A stretch of DNA of 64,000 nucleotides, from assembly GCA_965205015.1 (NCBI GenBank), contig OZ242029.1, positions 3,168,001-3,232,000 on the forward strand, in the 5' to 3' direction. Positions within the stretch are counted from its first letter, which is position 1, and each line of letters opens with the position of its first letter. Below the pieces are notes generated by a model that did no database searches, was not told the DNA's origin, and saw only the letters and a list, made by a program, of their open reading frames with translations. Of this stretch, positions 47,946-57,888 are shown one piece after another. This stretch comes from Candidatus Poribacteria bacterium (GTDB lineage: Bacteria; Poribacteria; WGA-4E; WGA-3G). Position numbers and translations under genes: made by a program.

Positions 47946-49130
47946 TTAAAAATTGAAAATGCCAGCGGCACCCATACCTCCGCCGATACACATTGTTACC
48001 ATGCCGTATCTGTGATTTTGCCGCCGCATTTCGTTAATCAAACTTACGGTGAGTTTGGCACCTGTGCAACCGAGCGGATGTCCTAAGGCGACTGCACCGC
48101 CATTGACGTTCACCTTTTCGGGTGGTAATTGCGCCTCTTGGATCACGGCGAGGGCTTGTACGGCAAATGCTTCATTTAGCTCTATAACATCTATATCTGC
48201 TAAAGTTAACTCGGCAGTTGCGAGTGCCTTCGGGATCGCGGGAACCGGTCCGATCCCCATGATTTCGGGAGAAACGCCTGCTGTCGCGTAACTAACGAAA
48301 CGGGCTAAGGGGTCGTAACCTTCAGCGTTCGCGCGTGTCTCAGACATGAGAACAGCAGCAGCAGCACCATCGCTCATTTGGGAAGCGTTACCAGCGGTTA
48401 CAGTCCCATCTACATGGAAAACAGGTTTCAGGGATGCCAATGCTTCTGGCGATGTATCCCGGCGGGGACCTTCATCCGTATCAAAAACAGAACAGGTAGT
48501 TTCAGATATTGTATTTTCCGAATTGAAATGCGTTTCTTCTATTGTCAGCGGCACGATTTCTTCTTTGAATTTGCCTGCATCGATCGCTGCGATCGCCTTG
48601 TAGTGGCTTTCATAAGCATAAGCGTCTTGGGCGCTGCGAGATATATTGTATTTTCGCGATAGGTTTTCAGCCGTCAACCCCATGCTGAGGTAGGCATCCG
48701 GGGCGTGTTCTATGAGCGTCGGGTTCGGTGAGAGATTGACCCCAAACGGCACTTGGCTCATACTCTCCACACCCCCAGCAACGACGACTTCGGCGCGACT
48801 GGATAGGATCTGTTCCGCGCCCATCGCTATTGTCTCCAAACCAGAGGCGCAGAATCGGTTGATTGTCAGAGCAGGGACGGAGACAGGAAAGCCAGCGCGT
48901 AAACTGGCGATACGCGCGAGGTTGTACCCCTGCGGTCCCTCATGTGTGGCACATCCGATGATGATATCGTCTATGGCCTCGAGATCAAACTGTGGAAGTT
49001 TATCGATCACACCACGGAGGGCAGCCGCAGCGAGTTCATCTGGACGTGTGTTTTTGAGTGTCCCTCTCCCCGCTCTGCCTACGGCTGTCCGTGCTGCAGA
49101 GACGATAACCACGTTTGGTGTCGTTTGCAT
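47946..49130 (-). CDS. fadA: Acetyl-CoA C-acyltransferase (thiolase)
   Basis: NRFCASG, NEAFA, GHPLG and MCIGGGMG. Confidence 0.95.
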   Translation of the reverse strand: MQTTPNVVIVSAARTAVGRAGRGTLKNTRPDELAAAALRGVIDKLPQFDLEAIDDIIIGCATHEGPQGYNLARIASLRAGFPVSVPALTINRFCASGLETIAMGAEQILSSRAEVVVAGGVESMSQVPFGVNLSPNPTLIEHAPDAYLSMGLTAENLSRKYNISRSAQDAYAYESHYKAIAAIDAGKFKEEIVPLTIEETHFNSENTISETTCSVFDTDEGPRRDTSPEALASLKPVFHVDGTVTAGNASQMSDGAAAAVLMSETRANAEGYDPLARFVSYATAGVSPEIMGIGPVPAIPKALATAELTLADIDVIELNEAFAVQALAVIQEAQLPPEKVNVNGGAVALGHPLGCTGAKLTVSLINEMRRQNHRYGMVTMCIGGGMGAAGIFNF

Positions 49131-50104
49131 TATTTTTTACCCTTCTGGAGCGTCGCCTCTATCCTTGCATGGGTTTCCTGCTGCCCACAAAGACTGAGGA
49201 ATGTCTCGTGCTCCAGGTCAAGCAGATATTGTTCGGTGACGAATTGTGGGGTTGAGAGCGTGCCACCGCAGAGAACGAACGCCAATTTATTATCGAGGTA
49301 CTGCGTGTAATCGTCGATGAGCCCCGCCTGTCGAAGCAGGTGTGTTTGTAGGTTGAGCTGGGCGATTCCCTCCTCACCAAGCACAAGTATCTGTGGGGGT
49401 TCGGGTGGACGATAATCAGTTTCGGACAGTGAGAGCACAAGATGCTTGGCATCCGCAAGATGTGACGCTTGATCTAATGAAACCGCATCAGTGCGACGAA
49501 GGTAACCGAGTTCCCCTGCGTCCGTGGCGTTCTGTGAGACCTTCGATTCACGAAGCGTATCAAAAGTCGTATTCACATAGGGAAACAGTGTCTGAACCGG
49601 TGTGGTTGGAGACTGCCCTTCCAGACATCGAAACGCCATCTCTTTCGTACCACCACCACCTGGAATGAGTCCCACGCGGAGTTCAACGAGACCGAGATAA
49701 CTCTCAGTGAAGGCTTGCACGGCATCAGCACCGAATGCGAGTTCGCAACCTCCGCCGAGTGCCATACCAGCTGTCGCCGCGACGACAGGTTTTGATGCCG
49801 TCCGAAGCCGTGTGCAGACGGCTTGTAGATTCCGGAGTGTTGCCGAAATAGCGTCCCAATTTTTGCTCTTGGCGCGCTCCAACAGGAGAATCAGGTTGAG
49901 TCCCACCGAAAAATTCTTCGCTTCTGTGGCGACAATCATACCTCTCCAATTGGTGTCTACCTCATCCAACGCGGCATCAAACATCTCCAGCATTCCGTCC
50001 CCTATGATGTTCAACTTGCTATGCAGTTCAAGCCGGGCGATGCCATCACCGATGTCTATCAGGCTGGCGTCTGTATTGGAAATGATAGGTTTAGGGGTTG
50101 TCAT
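49130..50104 (-). CDS. Enoyl-CoA hydratase-like protein, equivalent to the C-terminal half of FadN
   Basis: ASLIDIGDG...HSKLN, ALGGGCE, YLGLVE..VGLIPGGGG and EQYLLDLE...FLSL; lacks the dehydrogenase half. Confidence 0.85.
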   Translation of the reverse strand: MTTPKPIISNTDASLIDIGDGIARLELHSKLNIIGDGMLEMFDAALDEVDTNWRGMIVATEAKNFSVGLNLILLLERAKSKNWDAISATLRNLQAVCTRLRTASKPVVAATAGMALGGGCELAFGADAVQAFTESYLGLVELRVGLIPGGGGTKEMAFRCLEGQSPTTPVQTLFPYVNTTFDTLRESKVSQNATDAGELGYLRRTDAVSLDQASHLADAKHLVLSLSETDYRPPEPPQILVLGEEGIAQLNLQTHLLRQAGLIDDYTQYLDNKLAFVLCGGTLSTPQFVTEQYLLDLEHETFLSLCGQQETHARIEATLQKGKK

Positions 50105-50171
50105 TTTTTTTAAGGTTGACCTCTCAATAATTTACTTTAGAAGAGTTCTGAAACTGCCTGCCAACTGAAGG

Positions 50172-50570
50172 CTACGCATCGAAATGGTAGACGATTTCGT
50201 CAAACCGGTCTGCTGCGAAGGTGAATAGAAAGACAAGATTCTCTGTGCTGGTACAACGAAGCGAATGTTTCGCATTAGCGGGTATAAAGACGGATGCCCC
50301 CGGACTAAGTGATGCTTCCTTATCATCTATTGTCACATGCCCGTAGCCGCTGATGACATAGTATGTCTCTTCGGGTTCGTGGTGGTGGAGCGGGAGTAGG
50401 GTCCCCGGAGCCATCTCTGCTATTCCATTGGTAAGTCGACCACTGGGTCCGCGTTCGCCCGATATGAGGATTTTCCAACGCACTGGACTCTTGGCAGCGA
50501 GGACTGGATCGTCCCAGGTTTCCCAATCAAGTTCTGCTTGGTTGAGGATAATGGGTTCTTGTTTATTCAT
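50172..50570 (-). CDS. Cupin, DddK/DddW-like (candidate DMSP lyase)
   Basis: VRWKILI, LHHHEPEETYYV, IPANAKHSL and FAADRFDEIVY. Confidence 0.7.
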   Translation of the reverse strand: MNKQEPIILNQAELDWETWDDPVLAAKSPVRWKILISGERGPSGRLTNGIAEMAPGTLLPLHHHEPEETYYVISGYGHVTIDDKEASLSPGASVFIPANAKHSLRCTSTENLVFLFTFAADRFDEIVYHFDA

Positions 50571-50576
50571 AAGGAT

Positions 50577-50605
50577 ATTCTAACAGATCTGGGGAGATTT
50601 TACAA
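50577..50605 (-). promoter_or_regulatory. Promoter predicting a leaderless cupin mRNA
   Basis: TTGTAA-N17-TAGAAT (TG extension), then 6 nt, then ATG; no SD. Confidence 0.6.
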
Positions 50606-50644
50606 TATTTTTTGAGACGAAATGGACACGGCGCCAAGTCATAT

Positions 50645-50678
50645 AAAAAGAAAAGGGGCAGGCATAAAAACCTGCCCT
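50645..50678 (-). terminator. Intrinsic terminator after ilvD
   Basis: Minus strand GGGCAGG-TTTTTATG-CCTGCCC-CTTTTCTTTTT. Confidence 0.8.
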
Positions 50679-50702
50679 TATGGATAGGAAATAAAATCGT
50701 TT

Positions 50703-52382
50703 CTATCCCGTCACAGCACCTTCAGAGGCAGAAGAAACCGAATTAGCATATTTCGCCATCACCCCACGAGCATAGCGCGGCTCAGGTGGTGTCCACTGCT
50801 CAAAGCGCTCTTGGATTTCAACATCGGAGAGATTAACGTCGAGTCGTCGTTCTTTTGCATCAATCACGATTTCGTCCCCCTCTTGGAGGATGGCGATGGG
50901 ACCGCCTTTTGCGGCTTCAGGGGCGACGTGACAGATCATGAACCCGTGTGTCGCACCAGAGAACCTACCGTCGGTTAAGAGGGCGACATCTTCACTTAAG
51001 CCTGCCCCTACGATGGCGGCTGTTACACCTAACATCTCACGCATACCGGGACCACCGGTGGGGCCCTCGTAACGGATAACGACGACATCCCCAGGCTGGA
51101 TCTGTCCGCCTTTGATGGCGGCAAAAGTGTCTTCCTCACGCTCAAAAATACGGGCGGGACCGCGATGGAGCGTTTTATCCTGACCGGCTAACTTGATAAC
51201 ACACCCATCCGGCGCGAGATTACCTCTCAAGATGGCGAAGCCGCCCGTCGGTTTGAGGGGTGCGTCGGCAGGTCTGACCACCTGCTGTCCCTCAGTTTCA
51301 GTCGCTGCGTTCGCCTCTTCTCCAATAGATTTACCAGTGACGGTGAGTTCATCGGTGTGGAGCAAGCCTGCCTCTGCCAAGCGTTTCGCCAAGAACGAAA
51401 TGCCGCCTGCCTCATAGAGGTCGGTCGCAACGAACTGTCCGCCGGGCTTCAGATCTGCCAGTACGGGTGTTCTTTGACTAATGGCATGAAAGTCTTCAAG
51501 CGTCAAGGGAATCTGTGCCTCGTGTGCGATAGCGAGGAGATGGAGAACACCGTTGGTAGAGCCACCGGTCGCGGCGACGGAGGTAATCGCATTCTCAAGC
51601 GACTTGCGAGTGATAATTTGGCTCGGTCTCCGGTCAGCGGCGAGCATGTCCATAACGAGTTGTCCTGCTCTGTATGCCTCTTGGTCCTTGCCCTCTACGA
51701 CAGCGGGAACACTCCCACTTCCCATCGGAGCAATACCTAACATTTCAACGGCTGTTGCCATGGTATTGGCAGTAAATTGGCCGCCGCATGCCCCGGGCCC
51801 TGGGCATCCTTTACTAATCAGGTCATCCAGTTCTTCGACAGTTATTGTCCCCTCCGCGTGCTGTCCGACGGCTTCAAACACGTCTTGGATAGTGACATCT
51901 CGTCCTTGGAATTTGCCCGGCATGATCGATCCACCGTAGAGCGTCAGTGAGGGAATATCTAACCGTGCGAGTGCCATGACGGTGCCGGGGACGGTCTTAT
52001 CGCATCCACAGAGCGCAACAACAGCATCAAACATGTTACCGATGGAAACTAACTCGATCGAGTCAGCGATGATTTCCCGACTGATAAGCGAGGTTTTCAT
52101 GCCCTCGGTGCCCATAGTGATGCCGTCAGAGATACTGACGGTGTTGAATTCAAGGGGTGTTCCACCTGCTTCGCGAATCCCCTCTTTGACCTTGGCGGCG
52201 AGCCGTCTCAGATGAAAGTTGCAAGGACCTATTTCGATCCAAGTATTCGCAACCCCGATAATTGGTTTATCAAGATCTTCAGGTGATAACCCACCATCGC
52301 CGAACATGAGCATCGTGCGTGCGGCGGCGCGATCGGGTCCGTCGGTAATCGCATAACTTCGGGGTTTCAACGTATTGGACAT
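50703..52382 (-). CDS. ilvD: Dihydroxy-acid dehydratase
   Basis: PCNFHL, SDGITMG, GCDKTVPG, CGGQFTANTM, GGSTN and TDGRFSG. Confidence 0.97.
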   Translation of the reverse strand: MSNTLKPRSYAITDGPDRAAARTMLMFGDGGLSPEDLDKPIIGVANTWIEIGPCNFHLRRLAAKVKEGIREAGGTPLEFNTVSISDGITMGTEGMKTSLISREIIADSIELVSIGNMFDAVVALCGCDKTVPGTVMALARLDIPSLTLYGGSIMPGKFQGRDVTIQDVFEAVGQHAEGTITVEELDDLISKGCPGPGACGGQFTANTMATAVEMLGIAPMGSGSVPAVVEGKDQEAYRAGQLVMDMLAADRRPSQIITRKSLENAITSVAATGGSTNGVLHLLAIAHEAQIPLTLEDFHAISQRTPVLADLKPGGQFVATDLYEAGGISFLAKRLAEAGLLHTDELTVTGKSIGEEANAATETEGQQVVRPADAPLKPTGGFAILRGNLAPDGCVIKLAGQDKTLHRGPARIFEREEDTFAAIKGGQIQPGDVVVIRYEGPTGGPGMREMLGVTAAIVGAGLSEDVALLTDGRFSGATHGFMICHVAPEAAKGGPIAILQEGDEIVIDAKERRLDVNLSDVEIQERFEQWTPPEPRYARGVMAKYANSVSSASEGAVTG

Positions 52383-52560
52383 TTTTCTCTGTTCTCCTAC
52401 AAAAGGATTTTAATTTATTGAATCTGGGCACTGCTCCATTTCATTACGCAGTGGTTTTTTGGTTAATTCCAACCCGCTTTAGGTACTGAAAGATTTTCTG
52501 ACCTTGCTGGATACTATCGTGGAACGATGCTCAGAACGCCCTCGCGCGCTGACTATTTCC

Positions 52561-54918
52561 CTATATCCCCAACCAATTGCTAAGGACACCGCCGTATTTC
52601 GCGATGAGACCGGCAAATACGACGGACACCATAGACATCAACTTAATCAGAATGTTAAGCGAGGGACCGGAGGTATCTTTGAAGGGATCTCCGACGGTAT
52701 CACCGACGACGGTGGCTTTGTGCGGTTCTGAGCCTTTTTCACCGTATTCGTTTTTGTGTTTGCCTTCCTCAATGAACTTCTTAGCGTTATCCCATGCACC
52801 ACCGGCATTTGCCATCATAATTGCGAGAACGAAACCCGTCGCTAAGCCGCCTGCCAGCAACCCTAATACACCCGCAACATCGAAAATCAAACCGACTGCG
52901 ACAGGGACAACGATAGCAATCAGCGATGGAAATATCATCTCTCGTTGCGCCCCAACCGTTGAAATTTCGACACATCGTGCGTAATCCGGTTTCTCCTCGC
53001 CTTTCATGATACCGGGTCTCTCCCGAAATTGGCGGCGGACTTCTTCTACCATAGCCCCGGCAGCGCGCCCAACCGCTTTCATCGTCAAGGCACAAAAATA
53101 GAACGCCATTACTGCCCCGATGAACAATCCGATAAGGACTTGTGGGTTCATCAGGGTAACGTTGTAGTAATTCATGAATTGATTGACTGTGACCTTGAGC
53201 GTATCAATATTCCCCTCGCCGGGTATGAGGAGTTCCTCCTTGTGTGCTAAATGGACTAATCCGTACCGGATTTCTTCCAGATAGGCTGCCAAAAGTGCGA
53301 GCGCTGTCAGTGCTGCCGATCCGATGGCAAACCCCTTACCCGTCGCCGCTGTCGTGTTGCCGAGTGCATCTAACTGATCGGTACGTTCTCGGACACTTTT
53401 ATCAAGTTCCGCCATTTCGGCGTTTCCACCGGCGTTATCTGCAATAGGTCCGTAGGCATCTGTGGCGAGGGTGATGCCAAGCGTCGCCAACATACCGACA
53501 GCGGCAATGCCGACCCCGTAAAGTCCCATCAATGGTTCGGTTGCTCCGCCGGGGAGGTAGTAGCTAATCGCAACTGCGGCGACAATGGTTATGACCGGAA
53601 TTGCCGTTGATTCCATACCGACAGCAATACCTTCAATAATGACTGTTGCGGGTCCGGTCTGTGCCTGCTTCGCAATGGCACGGGTTGGTGAATAATCGTG
53701 AGAGGTAAAAATCTCAGTGACCTTTCCAATAATCAAACCTGCTACCAGTCCGGCGATAATTGCGCCCCAAATCTGCCACATGTTAGGGAGTCCGAGATAG
53801 ATAAGGACAGGAAGTGAGACAATCGCGATGCCGACGGCACTTCCATTGATGCCGAGGTTCAGGGAGCCCATTAGTTGTTTCATCGTCGCGCCTTCTTTCG
53901 TCCGCACCATATAGATACCTAAAATGGAAAGAATCACGCCGATGCCGGCAATAATCATAGGGGCTGAAAGGTACTTGAGCTGAAGGGCAAGGTTATCGTG
54001 GTCTCTGGCAGCAACAGCAGCGACTCCAAGGGCGGCTGTGGCTAAGATGGAGCCTGCATAGGATTCGTAGAGGTCGGCTCCCATGCCAGCGACATCGCCA
54101 ACGTTATCGCCGACATTATCTGCGATGACTGCTGGGTTACGTGGGTCATCCTCTGAAAGTCCTGCTTCAACTTTCCCGACCAGATCCGCGCCGACATCCG
54201 CTGCTTTGGTATAGATGCCACCGCCAACACGAGCGAAGAGTGCCTGTGTTGAAGCCCCCATGCCGAAACTAAGCATAATCACAGTAATCTGTGGGAGCGG
54301 GTTTACTTCTAAGAATCCGGGTAATATCTTGGGAAATAGGTAATAGAGGATAAGAAACCATGCGGTGATATCAAGAAGGGCGAATCCGACAACTATCAAT
54401 CCCATGACTGCACCGGCGCGGAACGAAACCTTCAAGCCTGCATTAAGACCTTGCATGGCAGCACTTGTCGTGCGTGCGGAAGCGTTGGTCGCGGTCTTCA
54501 TGCCGAGGAAACCGCAGAGTCCTGAGAAGAAGCCCCCCGTGAGAAAGGCAAACGGTATGACTCTGTTTTGGGCATTAAGGACGAAAGCCATGAATATGAA
54601 GATGAGACAGAGTACGGCAAAAACGATGCCCACGACTTTGTACTGTTGTCTGATATATGCCATCGCACCTTCACGCACGGATTGTGCGATGTCGCGCATC
54701 GTTTCGTTTCCTTCATCCTGTTTCATTACAGCGCGGTAGAAGTGGTAGGCAAAACCTAAAGCGATGAGGGCACCGACTGGAGCAATCCACCACACCGGTG
54801 GCACAGTCGGGACGGCGTCTGTTTGGGCAAAAGCTACGGTGGCTAAATTTAGAGCGGGGAGGGCTATCAGAAATGTCTTCCAATTTAGCCACCGTCGCTT
54901 GCAAGCAATGTCATGCAT
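52561..54918 (-). CDS. hppA: Membrane-bound K+-dependent ion-pumping pyrophosphatase
   Basis: GGGIYTKAADVGADLVGKVE, DNVGDNVGD, GNTTAA and GDTVGDPFKD; start at MHDIA. Confidence 0.95.
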   Translation of the reverse strand: MHDIACKRRWLNWKTFLIALPALNLATVAFAQTDAVPTVPPVWWIAPVGALIALGFAYHFYRAVMKQDEGNETMRDIAQSVREGAMAYIRQQYKVVGIVFAVLCLIFIFMAFVLNAQNRVIPFAFLTGGFFSGLCGFLGMKTATNASARTTSAAMQGLNAGLKVSFRAGAVMGLIVVGFALLDITAWFLILYYLFPKILPGFLEVNPLPQITVIMLSFGMGASTQALFARVGGGIYTKAADVGADLVGKVEAGLSEDDPRNPAVIADNVGDNVGDVAGMGADLYESYAGSILATAALGVAAVAARDHDNLALQLKYLSAPMIIAGIGVILSILGIYMVRTKEGATMKQLMGSLNLGINGSAVGIAIVSLPVLIYLGLPNMWQIWGAIIAGLVAGLIIGKVTEIFTSHDYSPTRAIAKQAQTGPATVIIEGIAVGMESTAIPVITIVAAVAISYYLPGGATEPLMGLYGVGIAAVGMLATLGITLATDAYGPIADNAGGNAEMAELDKSVRERTDQLDALGNTTAATGKGFAIGSAALTALALLAAYLEEIRYGLVHLAHKEELLIPGEGNIDTLKVTVNQFMNYYNVTLMNPQVLIGLFIGAVMAFYFCALTMKAVGRAAGAMVEEVRRQFRERPGIMKGEEKPDYARCVEISTVGAQREMIFPSLIAIVVPVAVGLIFDVAGVLGLLAGGLATGFVLAIMMANAGGAWDNAKKFIEEGKHKNEYGEKGSEPHKATVVGDTVGDPFKDTSGPSLNILIKLMSMVSVVFAGLIAKYGGVLSNWLGI

Positions 54919-55053
54919 TTTTTTAATTTTCCTTGCGGTTCGATGAAATGGGTTTGAGCATTGAAGTTCCTTTCCGTAGAGTTGAAGAAATACCCAAGCA
55001 ATACGCAGAAATACGCTATCAAAAACACCCCACCATTTCATTACGGGCTTACG
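54919..55053 (-). repeat. Dispersed intergenic element, copy 3 (ends at the hppA start)
   Basis: TAATTTTCCTTGCGGTTCG at 54924-54942, extending through CCATTTCATTACGGGCTTAC. Confidence 0.82.
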
Positions 55054-55080
55054 ATCTTTCGCTAAGAAAGCGGAATTCCA

Positions 55081-55113
55081 ATTTTTTTAATTTTCCTTGT
55101 GGTTCAATGAAAT
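55081..55113 (-). repeat. Partial copy 4 of the dispersed element, forming the folC 3' end
   Basis: TTTTTTTAATTTTCCTTGTGGTTCAATGAAAT compared with TTTTTTTAATTTTCCTTGCGGTTCGATGAAAT at 54918-54949. Confidence 0.78.
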
Positions 55114-56490
55114 AGATCTGAATATTTCAAGTGCCTGACCGACGAGATAGAGCGAACCTGTAACGCAGATTAAATCTGTCGGTGATGCGTCGGATAAAGC
55201 CTTTGTGATTGCTTCTTCCGGCGTTGGACACGCCGTAATTTTCTCACACACATTCTCCCAAGCATTCTGTAACACTTCAGCAGACATCACGCGCGGATTG
55301 TCGGGAATTTGTGTGGCAATCACGACGTCTGCCATCTGTGAGACAACAGTGCCAATTGCTGTAAGATTTTTGTCTTTCATTAAACTAACGATAAAAGTCA
55401 CCCGACTGTAACGAAAACTCTGACGGAGCGTGCGGCAAAGTGCCTCCATTGAGGCGGGAGAATGCGCGCCATCAAGAACAACGATTGGCGAGGATCTAAT
55501 TCGTTGGATTCGACCGTGCCACTGCACGTTCTTAAATCCGGCATAAACACTCTCTTTCGGAACACTGTATCCTTCCTGTTTCAGACACTCAATCGCTGCA
55601 ACAGCAGTTGTTGCGTTTATAAACTGATGGTGTCCAAGGAGCGGCGTGGTGAGTTGCGGATAACGGTCCGAATCCGTTTCCACGTCAAATTCCTGTGCGA
55701 TAGGCAAACCATCAGCATTTTGGATGAGACGTGGGGCTGATACGCACGAATCTTGTACTGTCTCTTGAAGGATTGGTTTACAAGTTGTCTCGAAGCCCTT
55801 GACTTCAACAATCCGTGCGTTGCGGTCGCTTGCCACCTTCTCAAATACCGCTCGCGCTTCCGGGTGTTGTGGGGCAAGTGCTAAAGGACATTTCTGTTTA
55901 ATGATTTCCGCTTTCTCGCCTGCTATTTCGGTATATGTTTCCCCTAATATCGCCGTGTGTTCTAAACCGATCGGTGTGATAACAGTCACGATTGGCGTAA
56001 CAACGTTCGTCGCATCGAGTCTTCCACCCAAGCCGACCTCAATAACAGCGAAGTCTGTTCCCTTGTCGGCGAAGTAGGAAAAAGCAAGCGCGGTATATAT
56101 TTCAAAAAACGAAACACGTCCAAACTCAGAGGCGGAAACAGTCTCGATTGCGGGCTTGAGTTTCTGAATATAAAAAGCAACGTCTGATTTTGAAATGAAC
56201 TCACCATCAATACGGCACCGTTCCCTCGGCGTGATGAGATGCGGGGATGTAAACAACCCCGTTTTATACCCTGCATGCGTAAGCACTGATGCTATGAGTG
56301 CGGCAGTGGAGCCTTTGCCCTTGCTTCCTGCGATATGGACAACCTGCAGTCTATCGTGTGGATTTCCGAGCAACGCCAGCACCTGGGAGATCCGGTCTAA
56401 GTTGTAGAGCCGCGCCTGCCGTGAAAAATCAGGACTCCTTTCGTAGTCAATAAACCCTTCGATATAGGCGAGTGCCGCTTTGTAGTCCAT
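55087..56490 (-). CDS. folC: Folylpolyglutamate synthase/dihydrofolate synthase
   Basis: HIAGSKGKGS, FTSPHL, EVGLGGRLDATN, DGAH and TGSLYLVG. Confidence 0.96.
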   Translation of the reverse strand: MDYKAALAYIEGFIDYERSPDFSRQARLYNLDRISQVLALLGNPHDRLQVVHIAGSKGKGSTAALIASVLTHAGYKTGLFTSPHLITPRERCRIDGEFISKSDVAFYIQKLKPAIETVSASEFGRVSFFEIYTALAFSYFADKGTDFAVIEVGLGGRLDATNVVTPIVTVITPIGLEHTAILGETYTEIAGEKAEIIKQKCPLALAPQHPEARAVFEKVASDRNARIVEVKGFETTCKPILQETVQDSCVSAPRLIQNADGLPIAQEFDVETDSDRYPQLTTPLLGHHQFINATTAVAAIECLKQEGYSVPKESVYAGFKNVQWHGRIQRIRSSPIVVLDGAHSPASMEALCRTLRQSFRYSRVTFIVSLMKDKNLTAIGTVVSQMADVVIATQIPDNPRVMSAEVLQNAWENVCEKITACPTPEEAITKALSDASPTDLICVTGSLYLVGQALEIFRSISLNHKEN

Positions 56491-56499
56491 AACCGATAA

Positions 56500-57762
56500 C
56501 TATTTTAGGTACTCATAAATTGGGAATTGCGCACAGAGTTCCTTGACTTTCCCTCGGATTTGCCGTTTGATAGAGGCTTTCTGTCTATTTTCGAGTGTCT
56601 CTGCGATGAAATCAGCGACGAGAACCATCTCATTCTCTTTCATCCCGCGTGTTGTAAGCATCGGTGTCCCGAGACGTAAACCGCTTGTCGTTCTCGGTTT
56701 TCTTTTGTCGTAAGGAATCGTATTTTTATTCACAATAATTCCGGCATCTTCCAAATGATCGGCGGCTTGTCGTCCACTAAGTTTCTCATATTTGGAGGTG
56801 AGATCTATCAGCATGAGGTGATTGTCGGTACCACCGCTCACCAATCGGAACCCGTTTTCAATCAACCGTGCAGCGAGTGCCTTCGCATTTTTAACGATCT
56901 GTGCCTGATATGTTTTAAAATCGGGTTCGCTTGCTTCTTTGAAGGCAACCGCTCTGGCAGCGATTGTATGGAGGAACGGTCCGCCTTGTAAGCCGGGAAA
57001 TACAGCGCGATCGATCTTCTCCGCATATTCGGCTTTACACATAATCATAGCACCGCGGGGACCGCGTAGCGTCTTGTGTGTTGTTGTGGTAATTACATCA
57101 CTGTAAGGAACTGGGTCGGGATGTGCGTCCCCAGCGATAAGCCCTGCAATATGGGCTATATCGGCGAGTAGGTACGCCCCTACGGAATTAGCGACATGCC
57201 GCCATGCTGCAAAGTCGAAGTGCCGGGGATAGGCGGTTGCCCCGACGACGATGAGTTTCGGACGATGCTCTTTGGCAAGCCGTGCGATTTCTTCCATATC
57301 GATCCGCTCGGTCTCGGCATCCACACCATAAGGAACAATATTGTAATGGTTTCCGGAGAAATTGACGCCAGCGCCATGCGTGAGATGTCCACCTTGACTG
57401 AGAGACATACCCAGAATCGTGTCGCCTGGTTCGAGCAAGGCGTGATAGACTGCCATGTTGGCTTGGGAACCGGCATGGGGTTGGACATTGACGTGCTCGG
57501 CGCCGAAGAGTGCTTTTGCGCGTTCAATGGCGAGCGATTCAACATCGTCCATAAATTGGCATCCGTTATAGTAGCGCTCACCGGGGTAGCCCTCAGCGTA
57601 TTTATTGGCGAGGATGCTGCTCTGTGCTTCCATGACAGCGCGACTTGCGTAATTTTCGGACGGGATCAGCATGAGAGCGTCTTGCTGGCGTCTTAAGTCT
57701 TTAGCGGCGATTTCAACGATCTGTGGGTCGACTTCACCTAATTTAGATTCTAATGTGTTCAT
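56500..57762 (-). CDS. glyA: Serine hydroxymethyltransferase
   Basis: [33 protein letters not shown] and GGTDNHL. Confidence 0.98.
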   Translation of the reverse strand: MNTLESKLGEVDPQIVEIAAKDLRRQQDALMLIPSENYASRAVMEAQSSILANKYAEGYPGERYYNGCQFMDDVESLAIERAKALFGAEHVNVQPHAGSQANMAVYHALLEPGDTILGMSLSQGGHLTHGAGVNFSGNHYNIVPYGVDAETERIDMEEIARLAKEHRPKLIVVGATAYPRHFDFAAWRHVANSVGAYLLADIAHIAGLIAGDAHPDPVPYSDVITTTTHKTLRGPRGAMIMCKAEYAEKIDRAVFPGLQGGPFLHTIAARAVAFKEASEPDFKTYQAQIVKNAKALAARLIENGFRLVSGGTDNHLMLIDLTSKYEKLSGRQAADHLEDAGIIVNKNTIPYDKRKPRTTSGLRLGTPMLTTRGMKENEMVLVADFIAETLENRQKASIKRQIRGKVKELCAQFPIYEYLK

Positions 57763-57888
57763 CAAAGTTTACCGATTGTAATTAAAATATGACATAGTAT
57801 CCTGCTTGTAGAAGTTAAATTTTAACACAGATTTGCCACAAATTCAAATTTTTCCTGATTTTTGTGTGAACCGCCATTTGTCAATTTG

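Noticed and set aside
54919-55041. 41-aa N-terminal extension of hppA in the ORF track
   Set aside because: It lies entirely inside the dispersed repeat.
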